DNA of 51,647 nucleotides. Source: Malacoraja senta (lineage: Eukaryota). How positions within the stretch are numbered: the first letter of the stretch is position 1; every line of letters starts with the position of its first letter. The stretch spans positions 188,001 to 239,647 of the forward strand of contig JAXLNO010000548.1 in the NCBI GenBank assembly GCA_038087875.1, written 5' to 3'. Shown in pieces: positions 1 to 11,032 of the stretch. The notes below the pieces were generated by a model. It ran no database searches. It was given only the letters and a program-made list of their open reading frames with translations, and had not been told where the DNA came from. The translations under genes and the position numbers were made by a program.

Positions 1-1768
1 TAATATTAAATAATCTTCTTAGATTATAATATGAGTACCGTTTCTGAATAAAGCCTGTTTGGTCAGGGTGTATTAATTTATTCATCACTGTACTTAATCT
101 ATGCGCTAGTATTTTAGTTAATATTTTCTGATCTGTATTTAAAAGTGCAATTGCTCTATATGATCCCGGATCTTCCGGATCTTTATCAACTTTAGGATTA
201 AGTGTTATTATAGATTCATTTAAAGTATCTGGAAGTTTCTGTTGAGGATAGATATGCTCATACAGCCTTTGTAAACGTGGGGAGAGCAAGTCATAATTTT
301 TTTAATAGAATTCAGAGCCTAAACCGTCTGGTCCTACTGCTTTACCATTTTTTAAAGAGCCAATCGACTCCTCAATATCCTTTATCGTAATTTCCCTTTC
401 TAATAATTCTCTATCGTTTGAATCTAAACCTTTTAAATTGCATTTTAGTAAAACAATCTGCTATTCCTTCTGGTTGTACTACAGTTTTAGTTGAATAAAG
501 ATTATGATAGTATTGGAGAAATCTCTCGTTTATATCCTTGGGCATTTTTAATAATTCTCCTGTCTCTTCTAATTTTATGAATTATTTTTTCCCCTTCCAT
601 TTTTCGTAACTGACGTGTTATAATTTTTGTGGTTTGTCTCCAAACTCGAAATGTAATTGTTTGGTTTTTTGATAAAGTTTTATTACTTGTTCTGAATACA
701 TTTTGTTTAATTTATATTTCAATACAGCAATTTTATTATGTTTTAAAATAGATGGCATTCTCGCATTTTCTATATCTAGTTGCTTGATTTCCCTTTCCAA
801 TGTTTGTTGTTTAATCCTGTTCTCTTTATTATAAAATACTTGAGCAGAAATTAATGCACCTCGAACAAACGCTTTAAACGTTTCCCACATAAGAGAAGTA
901 GGTGTGTCAGGGTTGTCATTTACCTCAAAAAATATTTGAATCTGTTTAGTAAGATATTCCTGGCATGATCTTTCGTTCAAAATTTGTGGGTTAAATCTCC
1001 AATATGTTTGTTTCTCGGACATTACATTTAATTTAATCATGAATGTTACAGGTGCGTGATCTGAGATTATAATATTATGGTGTTTTGAGTTATAAGTAAA
1101 TGGGATTAACGTGGAGTCAACTAAAAAATAATCTATTCTTGAGTATGTTTTATGTACTGGTGAGTAAAATGAATATTCCCGTCCAGTTGGATTTTCAATT
1201 CTCCAGACATCCTTAATATTAGTGGTATTAATAAATGAATTTAAAAATACACTTGATTGAGATTTTACTTTTTTTGCCTTGATGATCTATCTAAGTATGA
1301 ATCTAATGTGCAATTGAAGTCTCCTCCAATTATTAATTTATATTGTGTAAATTCAGGAATTATATTAAATGTTTTATTAAAACACATAGGGTTATCAAAA
1401 TTAGGCCCATATACATTAAGAAGAATCACTTTTTCTCCATTTAACTCTCCAACTAATATAATATATCTACCATCAATATCCGCTATTGTTGATGAATGCG
1501 TAAAAGGTATTCCTTTACGAATTAATATTGCAACTCCTCTGGACTTATGGGAAAAAGAGGAATGATATGATTCAGCGATCCACTTAGCTTTAAGTCTATG
1601 TTGAGATTCCTTTTTAAGGTGTGTTTCTTGAAGGAATATTATATCTGTTTTGATTGAATTTAGATGTGCCAAAACTTTACCTCTCTTAATTGGTTCATTG
1701 ATTCCCTTAACATTCCAACTACAAAATGTTATTCCCTGACCCCCTCTTGTCATATTAACATCTTGCAT
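1..1768 (-). pseudogene. L1 ORF2 (APE endonuclease + N-terminal RT), frameshifted
   Basis: Motifs SWNVKG, FLQETH, SRGVAILI, LNVYGPN, GGDFNC, then WRFN and WETFKAFVRG. ORF is broken near 1265 (poly-A run) and near 600. Confidence 0.93.
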
Positions 1769-2765
1769 ATTGTTTCTAAGGTGGTCTATAACCGAGCAGA
1801 AGGTGCAACACATAAAACCTGACCCTGCTCCCGAACCTCAAATAGATGAATTTAAAATCATATACATCGCTCTTCCGAACACATCTCCTTGAATTAGTCT
1901 TGTTGTTCCATTCAAACATTAAGTTATACAAATATTTAAAGTGAAAAAAGTGATAGAATTGGTTAATATAGGGTGAAAGAAAAAAAACTACATCTACAAT
2001 TAGTGTAGTTAGTGATAGCCACACTAACGTGGCTAGAATTCTAAAGAGTTCCGTAGCCTTTGTAAAAAAAAAAATCCCAGCTCCGTGCCCGAAAAAAAAG
2101 AGGATATTTCTGGCAATCAATTAACTTCTTTGGGAGTAGCAAACATATATATATACCCATATGCATACATATATACGCACATATCCCTGCAGAAATGTCC
2201 AAAAACAGCATAAATTCACAACGCTATTATTCGCTACATACCATTTTAATATCTTCGCTAAATCTATAAATTTAATTTTAATTGGAAAAATAAACAGAAA
2301 AACTGTCAAACCTTGTTATGACGTAGGCTGAATTACCTCTTGCACATCTTCCAATAGAATATAAGTATGTAACTCATTTCTACGTTAACCAGAGACTGTT
2401 AGTTATTAATCATTGTTATCAATCATACCCAGTATTAAATTTTTATGAGTAATATAAATGTTAATAATTTTAGTAGTAATATAGATATTTAATAAGTATT
2501 AGTAGTTACATATATAGTTAGATATGAATATACTAAATAGTAATAGTGATTAATAACAATTGGTCATAACTATGATATTATTGTTCTTAGAGTTTATACT
2601 AAAAATAAAAAAAAGATAAAAAATAAAAAACCACGGTTTTCTCCAATGTCCACCGTCCATTTCAGTTTTCGAATGTCCTTAAAGCTCTTAAAAGAACTTT
2701 AAAGGTCCTTTTAAATCTGGCGAAGTCCCGTTAATCCTTGACTCCTGAGGAGTAATGTAATTTCT

Positions 2766-3767
2766 TCAGTCTGTGGTCACGTTCCCGATTTCTTTGGCAT
2801 ATTCCAGTGCTTTTTCATGGTCTGTAAAAAATTGCTCCTTCTGCTTGTAGGTGACTCTTAGTCTTGCGGGGTAAAGCAAGCCGTATCTCAAATCAGGTAC
2901 CATCTTCAGTATTCTTTTTGTCTCAGTGAACAGCGCTCTTTTCTTGAAGACCTCTGCCGGATAATCTCGGTAAATACTGAACCTCGCACCTTCAAAATGG
3001 AGCTGTCCGCTTCGGACAATTTTCTTCATTATCTCGTCAAATTCCTGATCAAGTTGCACCTTTACTATAATTTGTCTTGGATGGGCATCATCTTGTGTAC
3101 GACGCACCTGCGCTCTATGTGCTCGACCGAGTGAAGGTTTTTGATCCAATTTTAAGGTTTTTTGTAGTAGGTCTGCCACAAAATCCCGAGGGCCCATTTC
3201 CCTCTCACTTCCTTCTTTCACCCCTACAATTCTTAAATTCTTGCGTCTTTGACGCCCCTCCAAATCGGTACACTTATCACTTAATTTGATCACCATACCG
3301 GAGAGGCGTTGGTTTTCAATAAGGAGTCGATTTACAGTTTCCTCACTTGTCGCCGCCCATTTCTCAAGTTCGGTTATCGCTGTTCTATGTAGATCAAGTG
3401 CTTGATGAATGGGGACCACCTCCATATTAACGCTCGATTCCACCGAAACGAGCCTGGCTTCCAGCACTTCCATCTGTTCCTTGGCCTCATCGTCCCTCGA
3501 CCTCTTCCAGACTTCCAGTATTTCTTGAAAGGTAGAATCCGTTTCTGCTTTAAAATCTTCCTTGAAAGAGTTAAGTTCCTCTTTAAGATTCAATTTCAAA
3601 TTTCCTTCGAAGGTTTTCAACTGTAGTTGAATCTGTTTAATTTCAACAGCGAGAAAAGTTTTAAGATCTTCAATTTCAGGCTTTTTCTGCTTTGATTTCT
3701 TCGTTGGGTCTTCCTGGGCCGTCATTGTACCTGAGACCGAGGCCTCAGTTAGGCCTACCTCTTCCAT
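2766..3767 (-). CDS. L1 ORF1p (coiled coil + RRM + CTD)
   Basis: Uninterrupted 333 aa with heptad-rich N-terminus and motifs DLEGRQRRKNLRIVGVKEG, RAHR, PRQIIVK, GLLYPARLRV. Confidence 0.92.
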   Translation of the reverse strand: MEEVGLTEASVSGTMTAQEDPTKKSKQKKPEIEDLKTFLAVEIKQIQLQLKTFEGNLKLNLKEELNSFKEDFKAETDSTFQEILEVWKRSRDDEAKEQMEVLEARLVSVESSVNMEVVPIHQALDLHRTAITELEKWAATSEETVNRLLIENQRLSGMVIKLSDKCTDLEGRQRRKNLRIVGVKEGSEREMGPRDFVADLLQKTLKLDQKPSLGRAHRAQVRRTQDDAHPRQIIVKVQLDQEFDEIMKKIVRSGQLHFEGARFSIYRDYPAEVFKKRALFTETKRILKMVPDLRYGLLYPARLRVTYKQKEQFFTDHEKALEYAKEIGNVTTD

Positions 3768-3854
3768 CGGTGGTTTCCCTTTAACGGTTTTTTTTTACCC
3801 ACGGGGGGGGGGGGGGGGGGGGTATGTTGCATCGACATACCGTCAAAGTCACGC

Positions 3855-3993
3855 GCCTGATGACGTCACGCGGCAGGCAGCCGTTCAGATGGCGATCGCT
3901 GCAGGTAAGACCCGATTTTCTCCCGTTTTCAGATTCTTCGGCACGGAGCTAGTTGGCACTGGACTCAAGCCTCCATAGCGCCACCGGAAGTCC
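3855..3993 (-). promoter_or_regulatory. Putative L1 internal promoter in CpG-rich 5'UTR
   Basis: CRE palindrome TGACGTCA at 3861-3868, YY1-like AGATGGCG at 3887-3894 and ETS-like CCGGAAGT at 3984-3991. Confidence 0.5.
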
Positions 3994-4954
3994 TAGAGCA
4001 CTAAAATTTTGGAATCACCTTAAATCTAGCCCCCCAGATACCCTCCAGTTTAAAGCCCTTAAAACACAAGAGGGGAGCCCAGAAAAGAGTTTGCTGTGTC
4101 AGTTGGTACTGAGACCAACTACCCCTATTCAGGTAAAACCTATCCTGTTAAACCCTGACCAGCCTCAGATCAATACTGATTCCCAATCACCAGTTAGAGT
4201 GAACCAAATTATCAAACAATGTAAAGAAACGTATTTGGAACATTGGGATAAAGAAACCAAAAGTCAAAGCAGATTAAAATGTTACCGTGCCCTAAAAAGA
4301 GATTATAAATTGGCAGACGATCTCTCAATTCTTACAGACATAAAGCAGTCAGACCCTCACCAAATACAGGTTAAGTGACCACTATTTGGCAGTTGAAAAG
4401 GGAAGACAGAAGAGATTCTGGCAACCAAGAAAAAACAGAATATGCGGCCACTGTTTGACAGATGAGATTGAAACAGAGGTGCACTTCCTCCTAAAATGCA
4501 AAAAAATTGACAAAACAAGGAAAATTTACTTTGACAAACTAAGTCTGGCAACCACTGATTTTGAAGAACTGGATGATACATCAAAACTAAGAATAATCCT
4601 TGGTGCACAATACGTAACAGCATGCCATAACCTGAGAGACGGTGAATGACCAATATGCACATATGCACGCACACACTAATTGACATTGACTGACACTAAG
4701 AAATTAATGATGAATTGCTAAACTTGCTATTCTGTTGTACTGCCTACAGCTGCAAGAACGCGTAGCAATCAATAAAGGGCTATAGGCCTATTGCGAGTTT
4801 ATGTACAGGGACATATCTATCCATGCACTGTATACTTGTATTTATACTGATGCATTTTAAATATGTATGTCATGTTTTATAATTTGGCAATATAACGTAG
4901 TTTATCATGCCAATAACGTTTTTAAATTGAATTGAAAATTCAAAATTGAATTGA
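3994..4954 (+). mobile_element. 5'-truncated non-LTR retrotransposon 3' end, RTEX-like, with (AATTG)n tail
   Basis: Frames RALKFWNHL, LTKYRLSDHYLAVEKGR and C-terminal ICGHC...ETEVHFLLKC zinc motif. 3'UTR ends catgccaataa...aattgaattgaa. Confidence 0.75.
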
Positions 4955-5100
4955 AAGAGAGTGAGACAGAGATAGAGAGAGAGCGTGGGGAGGGGTGGAG
5001 AGAGAGAGAGAGAGAGTCAGAGATAGAGAGATAGTCAAAGACAGAGGGAGAAAAAGAGAGAGAGAGAGATGGAGAGAGAGAGAGAGAGTGGAGTGGAGGG
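4955..5100 (+). repeat. (GA)n-rich microsatellite grading into a G-rich tract
   Basis: Directly visible. Confidence 0.9.
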
Positions 5101-5713
5101 AGGAGAGGGGTGAGAGGCTGGAGGTGGAAAGGGGTGAAGTGAGTAGCGGGGGGGATAACATGGAGCAAAGGGAGGGGGGAGGATTTAAGGGGGAGTGGGT
5201 TTGGTGCAGAGGGAGATGAATGGGGGGGGCAGGGAACTGGGGGGGAGAGAGAGGGGTCAAGTGAGCCAAGGAAGTGGGTAGGGAGCCAGGTGGGTGTGTT
5301 CACATTGTTTGGGGCTGGGGAGGAGGGGGGAGGGAGCAAAGGGAGGTAAGGAGCATGAGGTGGCGGTAGGGGTAAGGGGCAGGGAGCCACAGGGAGGAGG
5401 TCACATTGTTTGGGGGTGGGGAGGGTGTTGCAGTTTAGGAAGTCAAACCGGAGCAGGGTTTTCACTGTAAATGGCAGGGCCATGGGGGAATGTGTGGAGC
5501 CGAGGGATCTAGGAGTGCAGGAACGAGTTGGGCCGAAGGGCCTCTTTCCAACGTTGTATCACTCTGAATCTATGACAAAGTGCTGCAGTAACTCAGCAGG
5601 TCAGGCAGCATCTGTGGAGAAGATAGACACAAAGTGCTGGAGTAACTCAGCGGGTCAGGCAGCATCTGTGGAGAGATTGAATGCGTAACATTTTGGGTCA
5701 AGACCCTTCTTTG

Positions 5714-6010
5714 GTTTAGTTTAGTTTAGAGATGCAGCGTGGAAACAGGTGTTTTGGCCCGCGGAGTCCGCACCGACCAGCGATCACCCCGTACACTGGC
5801 ACTATCCTACACACATTAGGGACATTGTAACAATTTTGCGGAGTCCAATTAATCTACAATCCTGAACATCTTTGAAATGTTGGAGGAAACCGGAGCACCT
5901 GGAGTAAAAACCCACGCAGGTCAAGGGGAGAACGGACAAACTCCACACAGACAGCACCCATAGTCAGGATCGTACCCGGGTCTCTGGTGGTGAGGCAGCA
6001 ACTGCCGCAC
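5714..6010 (-). mobile_element. tRNA-derived SINE (V-SINE/HE1-like), partial
   Basis: Reverse complement of the SINE at 13912, with (CTAAA)n tail at 5714-5728. Confidence 0.75.
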
Positions 6011-6238
6011 AGAAAATATATAATGGTTTCCTCCGCCATAAACGCACCCAATATGTGCTAGTAATGTCCTGTTTGCCAGTTTGTTGACCATCTGTGTTCC
6101 CCTCCTGCAGGGTTTAGGAGCCGTTGCTGTGGATGGAGAGACGGGGACGTGAGCGGCCATTGAGGGTGGCCAGGGTGCCGGTGAGCCCCCCCCCCCATCT
6201 GCTCGGTGTGCGGCTGAGCTTCGAGGGGCTGAGCTTCG

Positions 6239-7716
6239 ATGGAGGACCACATGACGGGGCACAACAAGGAGAAGCGTTATGAGTGCGACGTATGTGGCAA
6301 GGCCTGGCAGCAGCCGTGCCTGCTGGAGACCCACCGGCGGGTGCACACGGGAGAACGCCCCTTCGACTGCTCGGAGTGCGGCAAGAGTTTCACCTGCTCT
6401 AGCAGCCTGCTGCAGCACAACCGCATGCACTCCAGCGAGAGGCCCTTCACCTGCTCCGACTGCGGCAAGAGCTTCAAGATGGTGAAACACCTGAAGGTGC
6501 ACCAGCGGGTGCACACGGGCGAGAAGCCCTATGGCTGTTCCACCTGCGGCAAGAGATTTACCCGGTTGGCGGGGTTGCGGCATCACCAGCGGGTGCACAG
6601 CAGTGAGCGGCCCTTTACCTGCTCCGACTGCAGCAAAGGCTTCAAGTCGTCCAACCACCTGAAGGTGCACAGGCGCCTGCACACCGGGAGACGGCCCTAC
6701 ACCTGCTCCCAGTGCGGTAAGGGCTTCACCCACTCCAGCAGCCTGCTGGTGCACCAGCGCACCCACACCGGCGAGCGTCCCTACACCTGCGCCGAGTGCG
6801 GCAAGGGCTTCACCCAGTCCATTCACCTGCTGACGCACCAGCGGGTGCACACCGGCGAGCACCCCTTCACTTGCACCCAGTGCAGCAAGGGCTTCATCTG
6901 CTCCAGCAAGCTGCTGTCCCACCAGCGCACACACACCGGCGAGCACCTCTACACCTGCAGCTACTGCGGCAAGGGCTTCATCTGCCCCAGCACCCTGCTG
7001 GTGCACCAGCGCACGCACACCGGCGAGCGCCCCTTCACCTGTGCCCAGTGCGGCAATAGCTTCACCCATTCCAGCACCCTGCTGTCCCACCAGCGCACCC
7101 ACACTGGGAAGCGCCCCTTCACCTGTGCCCAGTGCGGCAAGAGCTTCACCCAGTCTAGCAACCTGCTGAAGCACCAGCGCACCCACACTGGCGAGCGCCC
7201 CTACACCTGTGCCCAGTGCGGCAAGGGCTTCACCCAGTCCAGCAACCTGCTGGAGCACCAGCGCACCCACACTGGCGAGCGGCCCTTCACCTGTGCCCAG
7301 TGCGGCAAGGGCTTCACCCAGTCCAGTCACCTGCTGGTGCACCAGCACACCCACACCGGCGCCCGCCCCTACACCTGCGCCCAGTGCGGCAAGGGCTTCA
7401 CCCAGTCCAGCACCCTGCTGTTGCACCAGCGCACCCACTCCGGCGAACGTCCCTACACCTGTACCCAGTGCGGCAAGGGCTTCACCCGCTCCAGTCACCT
7501 GCTGTCCCACCAGCGGGTGCACGCCGGCGACCGACCCGACCCAGCCCGGTGTGTGGAGAACGCTTTGCCATGACGTTCCACGCCCTGTGTCACCAGCGCG
7601 TGCACACCAGTGGCCAGCCCTACGACTGCCCGTACTGCGGTGTGGAGTTTGACAGCTCACGGGGGTTGCGGCAGCACCGGCGGACCCACGCCGGTGAGCA
7701 GCTGCTCCCACTGTGA
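6239..7716 (+). CDS. Tandem C2H2 zinc-finger protein: 15 fingers in 6239-7573, C-terminus continuing to 7716 after a 1-bp frameshift near 7540
   Basis: 15 CxxC...HxxxH units with TGERPF/Y linkers. Candidate acceptor cctcctgcag ends at 6110. The shifted frame continues SPVCGERF...HTSGQPYDCPYCG...HAGEQLLPL*. No KRAB domain seen in this exon. Confidence 0.93.
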
Positions 7717-7925
7717 CAAGAGAGCATAGGGGCTGCGGGAGCACCAGCGGTTACACACCGGAGAGAGACCCTTTGTGTGCGCTGAGTGTGGCAAGGGTTG
7801 CACCCACATGTCCAGCCTGTGGCAGCACCGACGTACTCACAGCGGTGAGCGTCCCTTCCCCTGCCCGTCCTGTGGCAAGACCTTTGCCAGCTCCTCCAGC
7901 ATTCTGGCACACCGCCACGTGGATA
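7717..7925 (+). pseudogene. Degenerate additional zinc fingers downstream of the stop codon
   Basis: [59 protein letters not shown] in a separate frame. Confidence 0.8.
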
Positions 7926-8199
7926 GGCGCTGTTTAGGTAGACACACAATTCTGGAAAGAATGGGTAACGTTTTGGGTCGTTTCTTCAGTCACCCATTCC
8001 ATCCTCCCAGAGATGCTGCCTGTCCCGCTGAGTTACTCCAGTACTTTGTGTACTTTTTTGTAAACCAGTATCTGCAGTTCCTTGTTTTTAAACCATTCTG
8101 GTTAACCATCTCTGCACCTTCCCCAAAACCTCCACATCAGTCATGTAATGGAGTGACCAGAACTGTATGCGATACTCCAATTGTGTGAAACAAGAAGAA

Positions 8200-8450
8200 C
8201 AAAAATTCACACAGAGAGTGCTGAATATCTGGAACTCTCTGCCACAGAAGGTAGTTGAGGCCAGTTAATTGGCTATATTTAAGAGGGAGTTAGATGTGGC
8301 CCTTGTGGCTAAAGGGATCAGAGGGTATGGAGAGAAGGCAGGTACAGGATACTGAGTTGGATGATCAGCCATGATCATATTGAATGGCGGTGCAGGCTCG
8401 AAGGGCCGAATGGCCTACTCTTGCACCTATGTTCTATGTTTCTATGTTTC
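8200..8450 (+). mobile_element. CR1-type LINE 3' end
   Basis: TQRVLNIWNSLP motif, gaatggcctact 3'UTR and (CTATGTTT)n tail. Confidence 0.8.
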
Positions 8451-8494
8451 TGATTGCTACCTGACCAATGTCGCTTAAAGCTGCACATATTCAT

Positions 8495-9208
8495 TCCTCT
8501 CTCTCCTCTCTCCCCTCTCCCCCCACTCGTACACAAATTCTCTCCACTCCACCCTCTCGTGCCCTCTTCCCCTCTCTCACACTCCGCCTCTCTCTCCCTG
8601 TCTCTCTCACACACTCGCTCTCTCGCTTCCTGTCTCTGTCCCACACACCTCTCTCTCTGTCTCACTCTCACACACGCCCTCCCTCTCTTGCTCTCTCTCA
8701 CACAGACTCTCTCTCTCTCACACACTACCTCTCTCCTGCTCTCTCACACACACACTCCCGCTCTCTCACACACACACAAACACTGCCTTTCTCTCACACA
8801 CACGCTCCGGCTCTCTCACACACACACTCCTGCTCTCAAACACACACACACTCCCGCTCTCTCACACACACACAAACACTGCCTCTCTCTCACACACACA
8901 CTCCGGCTCTCTCACACACACACTCCTGCTCTCACACACACACACTCCTGCACTCAAACACACACTCCCGCTCTCACACACACACTCCCGCTCTCACACA
9001 CACACACACTCCCGCTCTCACACACACACACTCCTGCTCTCACACACACTCCCTCTCTCTCTCACACACACACACTCCTGCTCTCACACACTACACACTC
9101 CCGCTCTCACACACACACACAAACACTCCCTCTCTCACACACACACCACTCCCTATATCTCTCTCTCTATCTCACCCACGCACAGTCCCTCTCTCACACA
9201 CACACAAC

Positions 9209-9269
<61 letters not shown>

Positions 9270-9485
9270 TCACACAATCCCTCTCTCACACAACACTCCC
9301 CCTCTTTCTCTCATTCTCTCTCTCTCACACACCCACAGTCCCTCCCTCTCACAAACTCCCTCTCTCTCTCTCTCACACACACACTCTCTCACACACACAC
9401 ACTCTCTCACACACACACACACACTCTCTCACACACACACACTCACACACACACTCTCTCACACACACACTCTCTCACACACATA
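8495..9485 (+). repeat. Compound (CT)n/(CA)n microsatellite with ctcccgctctcacacac subrepeats
   Basis: Directly visible. Explains the spurious 420-aa and 353-aa ORFs. Confidence 0.95.
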
Positions 9486-9498
9486 TTGTCACGCACAC

Positions 9499-9940
9499 AT
9501 GCCAAACACCTCCGCTCGGTTCGCAATAACCAACCTGATCTCCCGGTGGCTCAGCACTTCAACTCCCCCTCCCATTCCGAATCCAACCTTTCTGTCCTGG
9601 GCCTCCTCCATGACCAGTGTGAGGACCACCGTAAATTGGAGAAGCAGCACCTCATATTTCGGTTGGGCAGTTTGCACCCCTGCGGTATGAACATTGACTT
9701 CTCTAATTTCAGGTAGTCCCTACTTTCTCCTCCCCTTCTCAGCTCTCCCTCAGCCCACTGGCTCCACCTCTTCCTTTCTTGTTCCCGCCTCTCCCCACCC
9801 CCCTCACATCAGTCTGAAGAAGGGTTTTGACCCGAAACGTTGCCTATTTCCTTCGCTCCATAGATGCTGCCTCACCCGCTAAGTTACTCCATCATTTTTG
9901 TCTCACTTCGATTTTGCAGCATCTGCAGTTCCTTCTAAGG
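9499..9940 (+). mobile_element. Penelope-like element 3' end (GIY-YIG C-terminus + hammerhead-bearing tail)
   Basis: KHLRSVRNNQPDLPVAQHFNSPSH...GMNIDF, then CTGAAGA-gggttttgaccc-GAAAC at ~9813. Confidence 0.85.
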
Positions 9941-9959
9941 CATTTTAAAGTGTTTTTTT

Positions 9960-11024
9960 AAGAAAGTTTTGACACATTTGTGCCTTACGTAACATATAAA
10001 GCAAGTTTATCCTGACCTCACTCTGAAAGAATTTAATTTAGTCCGTAAATTAAAAATGGATATTAGCTGAAAAACAGAAAGCAGTCAAATTTAAAAGAGA
10101 ATTTTCCCAGCAGAATACATTCTGGGAAAATCTTAGAAGCTTGGTTTATACTAATCATTGAAACAATGTATTAACAATGTATTAACATAGAGATGTATTG
10201 TCTGTGCACAGCACCATATTAGATATCTGTCTGAATTGCCTGTCCCAGCTAAGGACAAGGTAGTGGCTTTCATCCAAGTCTTACAAGCTTGTTTTAGTTC
10301 ACAGACGGATGCCCATTCTGGAACCAAGATGGAAGTCATTTGAAAACAAAATGGAGTTAGTTGTCCTTCCGGAATGGGCAGCTGTACTAAAGCTGTGCCA
10401 AGATTTGAGAATAAGGCTGACATTGTAAATATATGGGTCCAGCCTCCCTTGTTTCCCTTAGGCTACGGATCCTTCACTCAGATTTAGAAGGTATGTTTTA
10501 TTGATAAGAACATGTATAATTACTCTAACTTTCCTTTGTTCTTTGAGTGGAGCCCGAGAAGCGCTGAGCAACGTGTGTGCTCTTTATAGTTCTCGCCACT
10601 CCCGTCTGGCAAATTGATTAAAAGATTGCCTTGGTTTACCTTTAACAGTGTTGTTGCTGTCTGCTTTCTTTAAGGGACGAACCTTGACAACTGTGCTCTT
10701 TGGAATTCTTCAGAATTAAGGTTGTACTATCAATAATGAAAGGAAATGCCAACCATCTCCAGAAATGACGCCTCCATGCATATCTGTAGCCGTAGGGCAG
10801 TCGCACACCTCCCCACTACTTCAAAGATAGTTCCTGCACTTGGCAATATCGTTTGGCCGCTGTTGTGTTTTATTTGTTTCATGGATTTGATTAGATTAGG
10901 AAATGTTTCCTTTCCTACAAGGGTCTTCCCTCTGAGGAGTTTCTATAGCAACATGCCCACTCTTGCCTTTAGGAAGAGACTGACGATTTGTACTGCAAGG
11001 AATGATGGACAAATAATGGATTAA
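9960..11024 (+). pseudogene. Decayed copy 1 of unidentified repeated protein module
   Basis: KKVLTHLCL, VYPD...LVRKLK/WILAEKQK and IRYLSELPVPAKDKVVAFIQVLQ, aligning with 36166-36345. The frame 10212-11024 has only 6 internal stops in ~270 codons (hand translation). Confidence 0.55.
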
Positions 11025-11032
11025 CTGTACAA

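Larger units (their letters stand above)
1..3993 (-). mobile_element. L1-clade LINE, 5' part (5'UTR, ORF1, ~1 kb inter-ORF spacer, ORF2 endonuclease to start of RT); continues beyond window start
   Basis: ORF1 and ORF2 in L1 order on the minus strand. The 5' end reads GGACTTCCGGTGGCGCTATGG, resembling fish L1 5' termini. Confidence 0.95.

Noticed and set aside
5090..5425. G-run-rich tract with G-quadruplex potential and Pro-rich antisense ORFs
   Set aside because: Low-complexity extension of the (GA)n repeat.
5921..7744. 607-aa antisense ORF over the zinc-finger gene
   Set aside because: Common shadow ORF of GC3-rich C2H2 arrays. Its end runs into a SINE.
8454..9716. 420-aa and 353-aa His/Thr/Leu/Ser-rich ORFs
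   Set aside because: Translations of (CT)n/(CA)n microsatellite. Only the last ~70 aa are real (Penelope GIY-YIG end).
10151..10423. Minus-strand ORFs at 10151-10423, 24140-24367 and 36223-36438 as possible viral or GPCR remnants
   Set aside because: Synonymous codon differences between copies favour the + strand frame, so these look like shadows.
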